Below are positions 41,848 through 51,445 of a stretch of 64,000 nucleotides of DNA, in pieces. Origin of the DNA: Candidatus Edwardsbacteria bacterium. GTDB taxonomy: Bacteria > Edwardsbacteria > AC1 > EtOH8. How positions within the stretch are numbered: the stretch's first letter is position 1; each line of letters opens with the position of its first letter. The position numbers and the translations under genes are program-made. A model generated the notes under the pieces. That model was not told the DNA's origin. It saw nothing but the letters and a program-made list of their open reading frames with translations, and ran no database searches. The stretch is from NCBI GenBank assembly GCA_020053305.1, contig JAGVNJ010000006.1, positions 13,166-77,165 of the forward strand, given 5' to 3'.

Positions 41848-43506
41848 ATGAAAAAATACCTATTGATCACAATATCCCTGTTTCTGGCGCTGCCGACCGC
41901 GCAGGCCGCCCGCTTCCCCCTGTTGGGCGGCCCGGGCCTGATCCATCTGCAGTCGGCCAAGTCCGGGCAGGGTTTTGGCTTCAGAAGCTTCAACGCCATC
42001 ACCAATTACGGCAGCCAGAAAGTGTCCTATCTGCCGGGCAGCGATAATTCGTATAACGACCTGTGGAGTTACAACCTGGTTAATTATTCGCCGATGGATA
42101 ACCTGGCCTTTATGGTGGTCGGTCTGGCCCATGCCGAGCAATGGAGCATAACCAGTCCCGGGGGAGACAGTCTGGACAACACCCTGGGCTGCCCCGGCGA
42201 TTTTACCATAGCCGCCAAATACGGCCTCCAGCTTTATGACGGACAGGTGGACCTGGCGGCCATGCCGATGATCTCCCTTCCCATGGATGAAAAGAAATTT
42301 CAGGATTCGCCCTCGCAGACCGGGAAGGTCGATTTCGGGGGAAAACTGCTGACCGACATTGCCATGGACAAGACCAGCATCCTGGTCAATGTGGGGTTTT
42401 TCACCCGGGGCGACCAGCGGCCACAGGTCCCGGCCGGGTTGGGCGTCAATTATGAAATAAACAACCGGTTCTCGGCTTTTATGGAGACATCTACCGAACT
42501 GCGGATCGGCTCTCTAAAGGATTCCCTGCCCGATTCTATGATCCTGTCAGGACGGGGCTTCGATCGCACCGAAGCCAGGATAACTCCCGGGCTTCGTTTT
42601 GTTCCGCTTCCCTTATTGGGTGTTAACCTGGCCGCCGACATCGGGCTGACCAAGGCCACCCCGGCTTGGCAGGTGGTTCTGGGGCTGGATTTTCCGGCCG
42701 CGGCCGGGCTTATCAGGTCCATCATCCTGCCCGGCACCATCTCCGGCCTGATAAAACACCGCCAGACCAACCAGTCTATCAGAGGCATGATCAGCTTCCC
42801 CGGCACCGATCTGCCGGCGGTGGTCAGCGAACCGAACGGTAGTTATCAATTAAAACTAAACCCCGGCACTTACAATATCAAGGTGATGGCCAACGGTTTT
42901 CGGACGGTTGACCGGAAGCTGGAGGTCAAATCCGGCGAATCGCAGTCCTGGGACCTGACCCTCAGCCCCCGGGAGGGCACCATCAAGGGACAGGTGGCCG
43001 ATGCCGGCACCGGCCGGCCGGTGCCAGCCGTGATCACCCTCAACGGCAACGGCGATAGATACAACAACGATCAGGCTACCGGGGGTTTCAGCTTCACCCT
43101 GGCCGCCCCCAAGAAATACGATCTAAGCGTGACCGCGGAAGGCTATCAGCCTTTTCGGGCCAGCATCAGCCTGATCGATAAGGAAGAATCCATTCAAAAC
43201 ATCGTCCTGCAGCCCATTCCCAAACCCCAGCCGGTCCAGCCGGCAGTGGTCCAAAAACCGACCCAACCGCCGGCAGCCGCGGCGGCAAAACCCAAACCGG
43301 AAAGAAAGCCTGCTCCCAGGGCGCCCGGCTTAAGCCCCGAGGAGGTGGCCTCCCTGTATAAGGCCGGAATAAAACAGTATATGAGCGAGGAATACGACCA
43401 GGCCGTGGCCACTTTCAAAAAGGTGCTGGCGGCCGATCCCGGAAATACCAAGGCCCGGGATTATCTGAAAAAGAGCCAGGAACGTCTAAAGAAAATCAGA
43501 GGATAG
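41848..43506 (+). CDS. Outer-membrane-type protein: N-terminal beta-rich domain, two CarboxypepD_reg-like domains, Pro/Ala linker, C-terminal TPR-like helix pair (paralog 1)
   Basis: Signal peptide, GTISGLIKHRQTNQSIRGMISF and GTIKGQVADAGTGRPVPAVITL (Cna-B/CarboxypepD_reg pattern), PKPQPVQPAVVQKPTQPPAAAAAKPKP linker, YKAGIKQYMSEEYDQAVATFKKVLAADPGNTKARDYL. Confidence 0.6.
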   Translation: MKKYLLITISLFLALPTAQAARFPLLGGPGLIHLQSAKSGQGFGFRSFNAITNYGSQKVSYLPGSDNSYNDLWSYNLVNYSPMDNLAFMVVGLAHAEQWSITSPGGDSLDNTLGCPGDFTIAAKYGLQLYDGQVDLAAMPMISLPMDEKKFQDSPSQTGKVDFGGKLLTDIAMDKTSILVNVGFFTRGDQRPQVPAGLGVNYEINNRFSAFMETSTELRIGSLKDSLPDSMILSGRGFDRTEARITPGLRFVPLPLLGVNLAADIGLTKATPAWQVVLGLDFPAAAGLIRSIILPGTISGLIKHRQTNQSIRGMISFPGTDLPAVVSEPNGSYQLKLNPGTYNIKVMANGFRTVDRKLEVKSGESQSWDLTLSPREGTIKGQVADAGTGRPVPAVITLNGNGDRYNNDQATGGFSFTLAAPKKYDLSVTAEGYQPFRASISLIDKEESIQNIVLQPIPKPQPVQPAVVQKPTQPPAAAAAKPKPERKPAPRAPGLSPEEVASLYKAGIKQYMSEEYDQAVATFKKVLAADPGNTKARDYLKKSQERLKKIRG

Positions 43507-43515
43507 TTTCACTTT

Positions 43516-45240
43516 ATGAAATTGTTATTCCGCTTGACCCTGGTGATGTCCCTTACGGCATCGCTCTCCTGGGCCGCCCGATTCCCGATCATCGGCGGGC
43601 CGGGGCTGGTCCATCTGCAATCGGCCAAGGCCGGCTCGATGTTCGGCTACCGCACGGTGAACTCATTCTCCAACTACGGCCAGCAGAGGGTCTCCTATCT
43701 GGCCGGTGACGCCAATTCCTATAATGATATCTGGAGCCACCAGCTTTTAAGCTTCGCCCCGATGGCCAATCTTTCGCTGATGCTGAGCGGGGTGGCCCAC
43801 GGAGAACAATGGACCATCACCAGCCCCGGCGGCGACAGCCTGGACAACACCCTGGGCTGCCCTGGCGACGTCACCATCTCCGCCAAATACAGCCTGGCCC
43901 TGGCCGATCAGATGGTGGATTTGGGAATAATGCCCATCATCTCTGTCCCCATGGACAAGGAAAAATATCAGGACTCCCCCTCTCAGACCGGCCAGCTGGA
44001 TTTCGGGGCCAAGCTCCTGGGCGATATAAATCTCAGGCAGTCCACCCTGTATGTTAACCTGGGCTTTCTTACCCGGGGCGACCAGCGTCCCCAGGTCCCG
44101 GCCGGAGTGGGATATGAATACGGCTTCAGCCAGAAAATTTCCGCCTTTGCCGAAGTCTCGGCCGAACTGCGGATGGGCTCGGCCAAGGATTCCCTGCCGG
44201 ATTCCCTGGTCCTTTCGGGCCGGGGCTTCGACCGCACCGAGGCCCGCTTCACCCCCGGCATCCATTATGTCCCGCTGGATATCCTGGGCCTCTCCCTCTC
44301 GGCCGACATCGGCCTGACCAAGGCCTCGGCTCCCTGGCAGATCACGTTGGGGCTGGATTTTCCGGCCAGCGCCGGCCGGGCCATCTCCGGTGTGATCACC
44401 GGGGCCATCGCCGGACTGATAAAGGACCGCGACACCGGGGTGCCCATGAAGGGCATGATCACCTTCCCCGGGGCCGGGATCCCGGGGTCCGTCAGCGACG
44501 ATATCGGCAAATACCTGGCCGAGCTGCCGCCGGGGGATTATAAGATCCATATCTACGCCAACGGCTACCGCTGGCTGGAGCGGAAGATCACGGTGGAACC
44601 CGGCAAGAAGGAGAAATGGGACCTGACCCTCAAGCGCAAACTGGGCACCATCAAGGGCACGGTGGTCGATGCCGCCACCGGACAGCCGATTGCGGCCAGC
44701 TTCAGTTTCGTGGGCAAAGACCTGCCGGAGTTCAGCTCCAATCCCCAGAACGGGGAGTATAATACCCAGGCGCCCCCGGGGAAGTACAGTCTTTCGATCA
44801 CTGCCGACGGGTACCAGTCACAAAGCATAGAGGTATCCGCCAGGGACCGAAAGGATGCCGTCAACGATCTGGCCCTGCAGCCGACAGCCTCCGCCCCGGT
44901 GGCATACAATACCGCCTCTAGCCGGACCTACCAACCCCCTGCGGTCTCCGCCCCGGCCGCGCCTCCGCCGGCCAAACCGGCCGTCACCCGGGAAACCGCC
45001 CCCAAGCCGGCCGCCGTCGAAAAACCCAAAGCCGTAGCCCCCAAGCCGGCTGCCTCGGCCAAACTTTCGGCCGACGAAATAAACGATCTTTACAAGACCG
45101 GCGTCAAGCAGTATATGAACGAGGAATACGACCAGGCCGTCAAGACCTTCCAGAAACTTTTGAAATCCGATCCCGGCCACGCCAAGGCCAAGGACTATCT
45201 GGCCAAGGCCAAGGACCGTCTGAAGAAGATCAAGGGTTAA
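43516..45240 (+). CDS. Tandem paralog of 41848-43506 (same domain order)
   Basis: Collinear, with blocks such as ITSPGGDSLDNTLGCPGD, FLTRGDQRPQVPAG and SGRGFDRTEAR shared exactly or nearly so. Confidence 0.6.
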   Translation: MKLLFRLTLVMSLTASLSWAARFPIIGGPGLVHLQSAKAGSMFGYRTVNSFSNYGQQRVSYLAGDANSYNDIWSHQLLSFAPMANLSLMLSGVAHGEQWTITSPGGDSLDNTLGCPGDVTISAKYSLALADQMVDLGIMPIISVPMDKEKYQDSPSQTGQLDFGAKLLGDINLRQSTLYVNLGFLTRGDQRPQVPAGVGYEYGFSQKISAFAEVSAELRMGSAKDSLPDSLVLSGRGFDRTEARFTPGIHYVPLDILGLSLSADIGLTKASAPWQITLGLDFPASAGRAISGVITGAIAGLIKDRDTGVPMKGMITFPGAGIPGSVSDDIGKYLAELPPGDYKIHIYANGYRWLERKITVEPGKKEKWDLTLKRKLGTIKGTVVDAATGQPIAASFSFVGKDLPEFSSNPQNGEYNTQAPPGKYSLSITADGYQSQSIEVSARDRKDAVNDLALQPTASAPVAYNTASSRTYQPPAVSAPAAPPPAKPAVTRETAPKPAAVEKPKAVAPKPAASAKLSADEINDLYKTGVKQYMNEEYDQAVKTFQKLLKSDPGHAKAKDYLAKAKDRLKKIKG

Positions 45241-45338
45241 CAGTACAGACATCGGTTATTTCAATTCACCGCAGGGATCCGATAATATCTGCATCGGTTC
45301 TTTGCGGTGAAATATATTTGAAACTCAAGCGGGGTTTA

Positions 45339-45827
45339 ATGGATATGAAACTGTCAAACAAGATCCGCCTGGCGGCCCTTCCGCTGGCCTTATTGATCCT
45401 GGGGTCTTCATTTATGATGGCCCAGGACGCCCCCTCCTTCAAAAAGGAGGAGTTCTACATGGACGCCGGCCAGCGCCTGCTGATAGAGGTTCACGTCTGG
45501 GGCGAGGTCAACAGTCCCGGCATGTACCGGGTGCCGGACGGCTCGACAGTGCTGGAGCTGATATCCAAGGCCGGCGGCCCCACCCAGTATGCCGCCCTCT
45601 CCCGGGTGCGCCTGTCGAGCAACGATGGGGTCAAACGGCTCAACCAGAAGATAGATATCGACAAATATCTCAACAGCACCAAGGAAGTGGATATCCCGAT
45701 CCTTAAACCCGGCGACACCGTGATGATCCCCCGTAACGCCCGGTTCTTCTGGAAGGACGCCATCGGTTTTATCGCCGATCTGGCGGTGATCGCCAATGTC
45801 TATTACCTGATATCGCGGAATAGATAA
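45339..45827 (+). CDS. Polysaccharide-export/SLBB-domain protein with C-terminal TM helix
   Basis: VWGEVNSPGMYRVPDGSTVLELISKAGGPTQYA (Wza-like Poly_export/SLBB pattern). Signal peptide follows the ATG at 45339. Confidence 0.6.
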   Translation: MDMKLSNKIRLAALPLALLILGSSFMMAQDAPSFKKEEFYMDAGQRLLIEVHVWGEVNSPGMYRVPDGSTVLELISKAGGPTQYAALSRVRLSSNDGVKRLNQKIDIDKYLNSTKEVDIPILKPGDTVMIPRNARFFWKDAIGFIADLAVIANVYYLISRNR

Positions 45828-45871
45828 CCCAGCCGATCTGGTCCTTCCTCTCTATAGGCGCATTTCTTTTA

Positions 45872-46025
45872 TATTGTCATTCCCGCCCCCTGTCATGCCT
45901 GCGCAGGCAGGCATCCAGGAGTAGATTCTGGCGGGAATCCAGAAAAAAGTGGATTCCTGCTTTCCCACGGCCCCGATGAAATCGGAGCCTCGACTTTGTC
46001 GGGGCGCGGCGCAGGAATGACGAAA
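45872..46025. repeat. REP-like nested palindromic intergenic element (GTCATTCCCGC...GCAGGAATGAC)
   Basis: Outer arms TGTCATTCCCGC / GCGCAGGAATGACG, inner palindrome ATGCCTGCGCAGGCAGGCAT, and GGCGGGAATCC / GGATTCCTGC. Confidence 0.65.
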
Positions 46026-46114
46026 ACGGCTGTTGACAATTGATCGTTCGGGTCGTGTTTATCAGCTATAAACCAAAATATATTATCAGATAAATAAGAA
46101 AGAGTTTCCCTTTT

Positions 46115-47581
46115 ATGCCAGGACCAGTACGAACCCGCTTCGCCCCCAGCCCCACCGGCTACATGCATATCGGCGGACTTCGCACCGCCCTCTATGCCTA
46201 TCTGCTGGCCAAGCAGAACAACGGTAAATTCATTTTACGTATCGAGGACACCGACCAGGAGCGTTACGTTGACGGCGCAGTGGAGGTTATCTATCGCACA
46301 TTGAAAATGGCAGGTCTTAATTATGACGAGGGACCCGATATCGGCGGATCTTTTGGGCCTTATATTCAAAGCCAGCGCCAATCATTATATCAGGAGCATG
46401 CGGCAAAACTGGTTGAATTGGGTGGGGCATACTATTGTTTTTGCTCGGCTGAACGGTTGGATAATTTACGAAAGGAAGCCGAGGAACGTAAGGAGATTTT
46501 TCAATATGACGGATTGTGCAATAAATTGTCAACGGAAGAGATCAAAAGCAGACTAGCCAATGGCGATCCATATATAATCAGGCAGAATATACCAACCGGC
46601 GGCCAGACCAGTTACAACGATGAGGTATATGGAGCCATTACTGTTGAAAACAGCCAGCTTGATGAAAATGTACTGCTTAAATCAGACGGATTGCCTACCT
46701 ATAATTTTGCCAACGTGATTGACGATCACCTTATGGACATCACTCATGTTATCAGAGGTAATGAGTATCTTTCGCAAACTCCTAAATATTGCCTGTTATA
46801 CCGTTCGTTTGGCTGGGAAGAGCCCAAATATGTTCATGTTTCGCAGATCATTCGGCCGGATGGCAAAAAACTTTCCAAGCGCACCGGCGATGCTTCCTTC
46901 GATGATTTTTATAACAAAGGATTTTTAACCGAGGCCATCGTCAATTATATTGCTCTGCTGGGATGGAATTCAAAAGACGATCGGGAACTGTTTGCTTTAA
47001 GCGAACTGACCGAAGCTTTCTCCATCGCCGGCTTAAGCAAATCCCCGGCCATCTTCGATCCCGACAAACTGAAGTGGATGAACGGCGAGTATATCCGCAA
47101 GCTGGCTCTGGAGCAGTTCAATGATCTGGCAAAGCCCTATTACCAGAAAGCCATTAAACGGACGGATATCGACTTTATAAAGCTCAGCAAGCTGGTCCAG
47201 CTGCGCACCGAGATACTGAGCGACATTCCGGCCATTGTGGATTTTATAGACGCCCTGCCGGAATACGATGTTTCGCTTTATGTGAACAAGAAGATGAAGA
47301 CCGACTTGGCCGTTTCTTTGGAGTCTTTAAAACCGGCCCTGGCCGAACTGGAGAAACTGGGAAGCTGGGAGCACCAGGACATTCATGATACACTTTTTAA
47401 ATTGATAGAACAAAAGGGCCTTAAGACCGGGCAGATGCTGTGGCCCATCCGCACCGCCCTGTCCGGCAAGGAAAGCTCGCCCGGCGGAGCCATTGACCTG
47501 GCCGAGGTGCTGGGGAAAGAAGAGACTTTGAGACGGATCCGATTAGGTGTTGTTTTTATAGAATCAAAGACAATAGTTTAA
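46115..47581 (+). CDS. gltX: Glutamyl-tRNA synthetase
   Basis: RTRFAPSPTGYMHIGGLRTAL (HIGH) and KLSKR (KMSKS). 488 aa. The last ~12 codons are AT-rich. Confidence 0.95.
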   Translation: MPGPVRTRFAPSPTGYMHIGGLRTALYAYLLAKQNNGKFILRIEDTDQERYVDGAVEVIYRTLKMAGLNYDEGPDIGGSFGPYIQSQRQSLYQEHAAKLVELGGAYYCFCSAERLDNLRKEAEERKEIFQYDGLCNKLSTEEIKSRLANGDPYIIRQNIPTGGQTSYNDEVYGAITVENSQLDENVLLKSDGLPTYNFANVIDDHLMDITHVIRGNEYLSQTPKYCLLYRSFGWEEPKYVHVSQIIRPDGKKLSKRTGDASFDDFYNKGFLTEAIVNYIALLGWNSKDDRELFALSELTEAFSIAGLSKSPAIFDPDKLKWMNGEYIRKLALEQFNDLAKPYYQKAIKRTDIDFIKLSKLVQLRTEILSDIPAIVDFIDALPEYDVSLYVNKKMKTDLAVSLESLKPALAELEKLGSWEHQDIHDTLFKLIEQKGLKTGQMLWPIRTALSGKESSPGGAIDLAEVLGKEETLRRIRLGVVFIESKTIV

Positions 47582-47583
47582 TA

Positions 47584-47612
47584 TTGACTTTATCCTCTAT
47601 TTTTATTAAAAT
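47584..47612 (+). promoter_or_regulatory. Sigma70-type promoter of the retron ncRNA (TTGACT-17 nt-TAAAAT)
   Basis: TTGACT at 47584-47589, 17-nt spacer, TAAAAT at 47607-47612. It ends 7 nt before the a1 repeat. Confidence 0.65.
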
Positions 47613-47618
47613 GACAGT

Positions 47619-47771
47619 TGCTATATTCTAGTATTTCCACAAGTGGAATGGATGGTGTTTAGCCGTCCTCTAAAGGGTATCTTACCTTTCTTGGCGAGAG
47701 AAAAGCTCTCGCTTATGAGATACCTCCTAACCGAGAGCTTTTCTCTCGCCCGCTTAAAGTAGAATATAGCA
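47619..47771 (+). ncRNA. Retron msr-msd non-coding RNA
   Basis: 12-nt a1/a2 inverted repeats: TGCTATATTCTA (47619-47630) and TAGAATATAGCA (47760-47771). A G at 47631 directly after a1 is the candidate branching G. msr hairpins: TTCCAC-AA-GTGGAA, GGATGG..CCGTCC, AAGGGTA..TACCTTT. msd has a perfect 19-bp stem: GGCGAGAGAAAAGCTCTCG (47693-47711) pairing with CGAGAGCTTTTCTCTCGCC (47732-47750), with a 20-nt loop. Confidence 0.8.
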
Positions 47772-47797
47772 TTTTTTATTATTTAAGATTTACATAA

Positions 47798-48694
47798 ATG
47801 AATAAGAACGACATACATAAAAAAGTATTAGCTAACTATAAACATTGCGTTACGACTGGCGGGACTTTACTTAGGTCCGATGCTGTACTGGTTTTTTTGT
47901 GTGGGAAAAAACCCGATATCCATAACCCCGGCGGTCGCGATCAAATATTAGATTATGTAAAAAGGCATGAAAAAAGTTTTCGCTTTTTTATTGCGGAAAA
48001 ATTTTTTGAGCATTACAAGTCATCAACTAATTTAAATTTATTAGACATAGAAGATAGTTTAGCAAAATATTCCGATTGTATAATTATAATACTTGAGAGT
48101 GAGGGTACCTTTACTGAACTGGGTGCTTTTTCCTTAAAAAAGGAATTGGTTAAAAATATAATGCTAGTAAACAGCGATAAATTTAAAAACAATGATGATT
48201 CTTTTATAACTCTCGGTCCAATAGCTAAAATAAATAAGGAGTCTGATTTTAAGCCCACCATTTATACAGACTATAAGAGCATATTGAAAGTCACCTCAGA
48301 TATACATGCAAGACTTGAACGAATAAAGCGAGAAAAAATCAAACACTATCCAATTAAAGATCATCTTGCTTTTCAAGAGCTTAAACCCAAAATAAAGCTT
48401 CTTTTTATAAGTGATATAATATCAATTTTTCAGCCGATAACTTATGGAGAAATAATTAATGTTTTGACTGATTTATACGGCAACAATAAATATGATATTA
48501 ATTTTGAAATAAGCTTCTTGCAATCTATCGATTTAATAAAGAATATACAGAAAAAATATTATATTTCCACCATGAGTGAAAAAAGTTTATTTTTTATGTA
48601 TGCGGGAATAAATATTATCAAATATAGATCAAACCTACTTAACCTATACTGTAAGTATGATAATGAACGAATCAACGCTTTTACATATAGATGA
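47798..48694 (+). CDS. Retron accessory/effector protein, probably nucleoside-deoxyribosyltransferase-like N-domain plus C-terminal DNA-binding-like domain (St85/Sen2 RcaT-type position)
   Basis: Sits between the ncRNA and the RT, as in St85-type retrons. The N-domain (VLVFLCGKK...IIIILESEGTFTELGAF) fits a Rossmann-like NDT/TIR-like fold with an acidic catalytic candidate. 298 aa. Overlaps the RT start (ATGA). Confidence 0.6.
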   Translation: MNKNDIHKKVLANYKHCVTTGGTLLRSDAVLVFLCGKKPDIHNPGGRDQILDYVKRHEKSFRFFIAEKFFEHYKSSTNLNLLDIEDSLAKYSDCIIIILESEGTFTELGAFSLKKELVKNIMLVNSDKFKNNDDSFITLGPIAKINKESDFKPTIYTDYKSILKVTSDIHARLERIKREKIKHYPIKDHLAFQELKPKIKLLFISDIISIFQPITYGEIINVLTDLYGNNKYDINFEISFLQSIDLIKNIQKKYYISTMSEKSLFFMYAGINIIKYRSNLLNLYCKYDNERINAFTYR

Positions 48695-49650
48695 TGTTTA
48701 ACTTGATTGATATATTATCAAGATATACGGGGTTTAACGAAGATGAGGTGAACAGCATCATCGCTAAAGCACCAACTACTTATAAGAAATATAGTATTAA
48801 GAAACGAAGGGGCGGAACAAGAACTATATACCATCCTTCAAAAGAAACTAAAACACTACAGTATGTTTTATTAAATTACTACCTCAACGCTTTCCCTGTT
48901 CATAAATGTGCTTATGCATACATAAAGGGAAATAAATCACCCCTTCTGAATAATGCTTTAAAACATAAGGATTATAAATATTCGATATGCTTAGATATAA
49001 AAGACTTTTTTCCATCTATTAAACCAGATGATTTGTTAAATATTCTCACAGAGAAAAATTCGTTTACAAAAGAAGAAAAACAACACTTGATCAATTTATT
49101 GTTTATATCACAGAAAAACGGAATGCCTTCTTTACCTATCGGTGCGCCTACATCTCCAATGATAAGCAATATAATAATGTATGATTTGGATAATAAAATA
49201 AACGGTTTGGCACACAAAATAAACAAACGTTCTGTATATACAAGATACGCAGATGATCTTGTCTTTTCAACAAATACTAAAGGTGCTTGCTTAAACTTTT
49301 ATAAAAACCTTGAATCATTGCTCACAAAAACAAAAAGTCCCAAATTAACCATTAATAAATTGAAAACAAACTTATGCTCACGAAAAAACAGACGCATTGT
49401 TACAGGTTTGGTGATTTGCCCAACAGCTACAATATCGGTGGGTCGTAAAAATAAAAGATATATAAGAAAACTATTACTGGATTATAAATATAATAAGTTG
49501 GATATAAAAATGAAACATCATCTTAGTGGTTATCTTGCGTATATTTTAGATGTAGAACCTGAGTTCTATAACAGATTGATACTTAAATATGGTGGAGAAA
49601 TTGTTAATGCTGCACTACAGCAAACGCGTTCAATAATATCAAGTAGGTAA
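48691..49650 (+). CDS. Retron-type reverse transcriptase
   Basis: [21 protein letters not shown] (retron NAxxH motif), [29 protein letters not shown] (YADD catalytic box), RIVTGLVI (retron VTG motif). 319 aa. Confidence 0.9.
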   Translation: MMFNLIDILSRYTGFNEDEVNSIIAKAPTTYKKYSIKKRRGGTRTIYHPSKETKTLQYVLLNYYLNAFPVHKCAYAYIKGNKSPLLNNALKHKDYKYSICLDIKDFFPSIKPDDLLNILTEKNSFTKEEKQHLINLLFISQKNGMPSLPIGAPTSPMISNIIMYDLDNKINGLAHKINKRSVYTRYADDLVFSTNTKGACLNFYKNLESLLTKTKSPKLTINKLKTNLCSRKNRRIVTGLVICPTATISVGRKNKRYIRKLLLDYKYNKLDIKMKHHLSGYLAYILDVEPEFYNRLILKYGGEIVNAALQQTRSIISSR

Positions 49651-49655
49651 TTAAT

Positions 49656-51356
49656 ATGAACAACACCGAAAACACCAAGACACCCATCGAGGGCGCGGCC
49701 GCCACCAACTTCATCCGCGAGGCCGTGGCCGAGGACCTCAAGAGCGGCCGCTTCAAATCGGTCCACACCCGCTTCCCGCCGGAGCCCAACGCCTACCTCC
49801 ATATCGGCCACGCCAAGGCCATCTGGATAGACTACGGCATAGCTTTGGAATTCGGCGGGTTGTTCAACCTGCGGTTCGACGACACCAATCCCGCCAGGGA
49901 GGAGCAGGAATTCGTGGACGCCATCATCCAGGACGTCAAATGGCTGGGGGCCGATTTCGGCGACCGGCTGCTGTTCGCCTCGGACTACTTCGAGCAGATG
50001 TATCAGTGGGCCGAGGAGCTCATTAAAAAAGGCCAGGCCTACGTCTGCGACCTGGCGGCCGAAGAGGTCAGCAAGACCAGGGGAACCCTGACCGAGCCGG
50101 GGAAGAACAGCCCCAACCGTGAGCGCAGTGTTGACGAGAATCTGGACCTGTTCCGCCGGATGAGGGCCGGGGAGTTTCCCGACGGCTCAAAGACCCTGCG
50201 GGCCAAGATGGACATGACCCATGCTAATCTGAACCTGCGCGACCCGGTGATGTACCGCATCCTGCACACCCCTCACCACCGCCAGGGCGACAAGTGGTGC
50301 CTCTATCCCATGTACGACTGGGCCCACGGCCTGGAGGATTCCATCGAGGGCATCACCCACTCACTGTGCTCGCTGGAATACGAGGATCACCGCCCGCTGT
50401 ACGACTGGTTTTTGGATCAGCTGGGCATCTATCATCCCCGGCAGATCGAGTTCGCCCGGCTGAACCTGACCTATACCGTGATGAGCAAGAGAAAATTCAT
50501 CGACCTGGTAAAGGCCAAAAAAGTGACCGGATATGACGATCCCCGGCTTTCCACTCTGGCCGGGATGCGCCGCCGGGGTTTCTCCCCGCTGGCCATCAAG
50601 AATTTCTGCGAGCGGATCGGGGTGGCCAAGCGCGACAGCCTGGTGGATTACGCCCTGCTGGAGCATTATGTCCGGGAGGACCTTAACAAACGGGCCCCCC
50701 GCTACATGGGGATACTGAATCCGGTCAAGGTGGTGCTGACCAATTACCCCGAGGGCCAAAGCGAGGAGCTGGAGGCGGTCAACAACCCCGAGGATCCCTC
50801 GGCCGGCACCAGGAAGGTCCCCTTCTCCCGCGAGCTTTACCTGGAACGGGAGGATTTCATGGAGGAGCCGCACAAGAAGTTCTACCGCCTGTCGCCGGGC
50901 CGCGAGGTGCGCCTGCGCTGGGCCTATTTCATCACCTGCCAGGAAGCCATTAAGGACGCTTCGGGCAACATCACCGAGCTGCGCTGCACCTACGACCCGG
51001 CCACCAAGGGCGGCGACGCCCCGGACGGCCGCAAGGTCAAAGCCACCCTGCACTGGGTGTCGGCCAGGCATGCCATCAAGGCCGAGGCCCGGCTGTATGA
51101 CAAGCTGTTCACCAAAGAGAATCCGGACGACGCCCCGGAGGGGCAGGATTTTACCGCCAATTTGAATCCCGATTCGCTGAAAGTGATACCAGATTGCAAA
51201 TGCGAACCGGCCCTGGCCAAGGTAAAGCCGGGGGAGGCCATCCAATTGGAGCGACTGGCCTATTTCTGCGTGGACCCGGATTCAAAGAACGGCAAACTGG
51301 TGCTCAACCGGACGGTGCCGTTGAAGGAGTCCTGGGGCAAGACAGTGAAGGAGTAA
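49656..51356 (+). CDS. glnS: Glutaminyl-tRNA synthetase
   Basis: [17 protein letters not shown] (HIGH) and VMSKRK (KMSKS). 566 aa. Its ATG is only 5 nt after the RT stop. Confidence 0.95.
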   Translation: MNNTENTKTPIEGAAATNFIREAVAEDLKSGRFKSVHTRFPPEPNAYLHIGHAKAIWIDYGIALEFGGLFNLRFDDTNPAREEQEFVDAIIQDVKWLGADFGDRLLFASDYFEQMYQWAEELIKKGQAYVCDLAAEEVSKTRGTLTEPGKNSPNRERSVDENLDLFRRMRAGEFPDGSKTLRAKMDMTHANLNLRDPVMYRILHTPHHRQGDKWCLYPMYDWAHGLEDSIEGITHSLCSLEYEDHRPLYDWFLDQLGIYHPRQIEFARLNLTYTVMSKRKFIDLVKAKKVTGYDDPRLSTLAGMRRRGFSPLAIKNFCERIGVAKRDSLVDYALLEHYVREDLNKRAPRYMGILNPVKVVLTNYPEGQSEELEAVNNPEDPSAGTRKVPFSRELYLEREDFMEEPHKKFYRLSPGREVRLRWAYFITCQEAIKDASGNITELRCTYDPATKGGDAPDGRKVKATLHWVSARHAIKAEARLYDKLFTKENPDDAPEGQDFTANLNPDSLKVIPDCKCEPALAKVKPGEAIQLERLAYFCVDPDSKNGKLVLNRTVPLKESWGKTVKE

Positions 51357-51371
51357 TTGACCCCACCCCTG

Positions 51372-51405
51372 CCCCTCCCCCAAAGCATTGGGAGAGGGGT
51401 TTTCA
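51372..51405 (+). terminator. Candidate intrinsic terminator after glnS
   Basis: CCCCTCCCC (51372-51380) and GGAGAGGGG (51391-51399) form an 8/9 stem, followed by TTTTC. Confidence 0.5.
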
Positions 51406-51445
51406 ATTATTGAACTTATTTTACATCTATGGTAAAATTACATTC

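Larger units (their letters stand above)
47582..49655 (+). other. Retron locus (promoter, msr-msd, NDT-like effector, RT) forming a sharply AT-rich island between gltX and glnS
   Basis: Sum of the four component features below. Composition switches abruptly at both ends. Confidence 0.8.

Noticed and set aside
2559-49650. Diversity-generating retroelement (Avd-like four-helix-bundle genes plus a reverse transcriptase in the same window)
   Set aside because: The RT carries retron motifs (NAxxH, VTG) with its own msr-msd, and lies more than 24 kb from the nearest four-helix-bundle gene. I found no template/variable repeat pair. The conserved block shared by the two T9SS paralogs differs only at synonymous wobble positions, not in an adenine-specific pattern.
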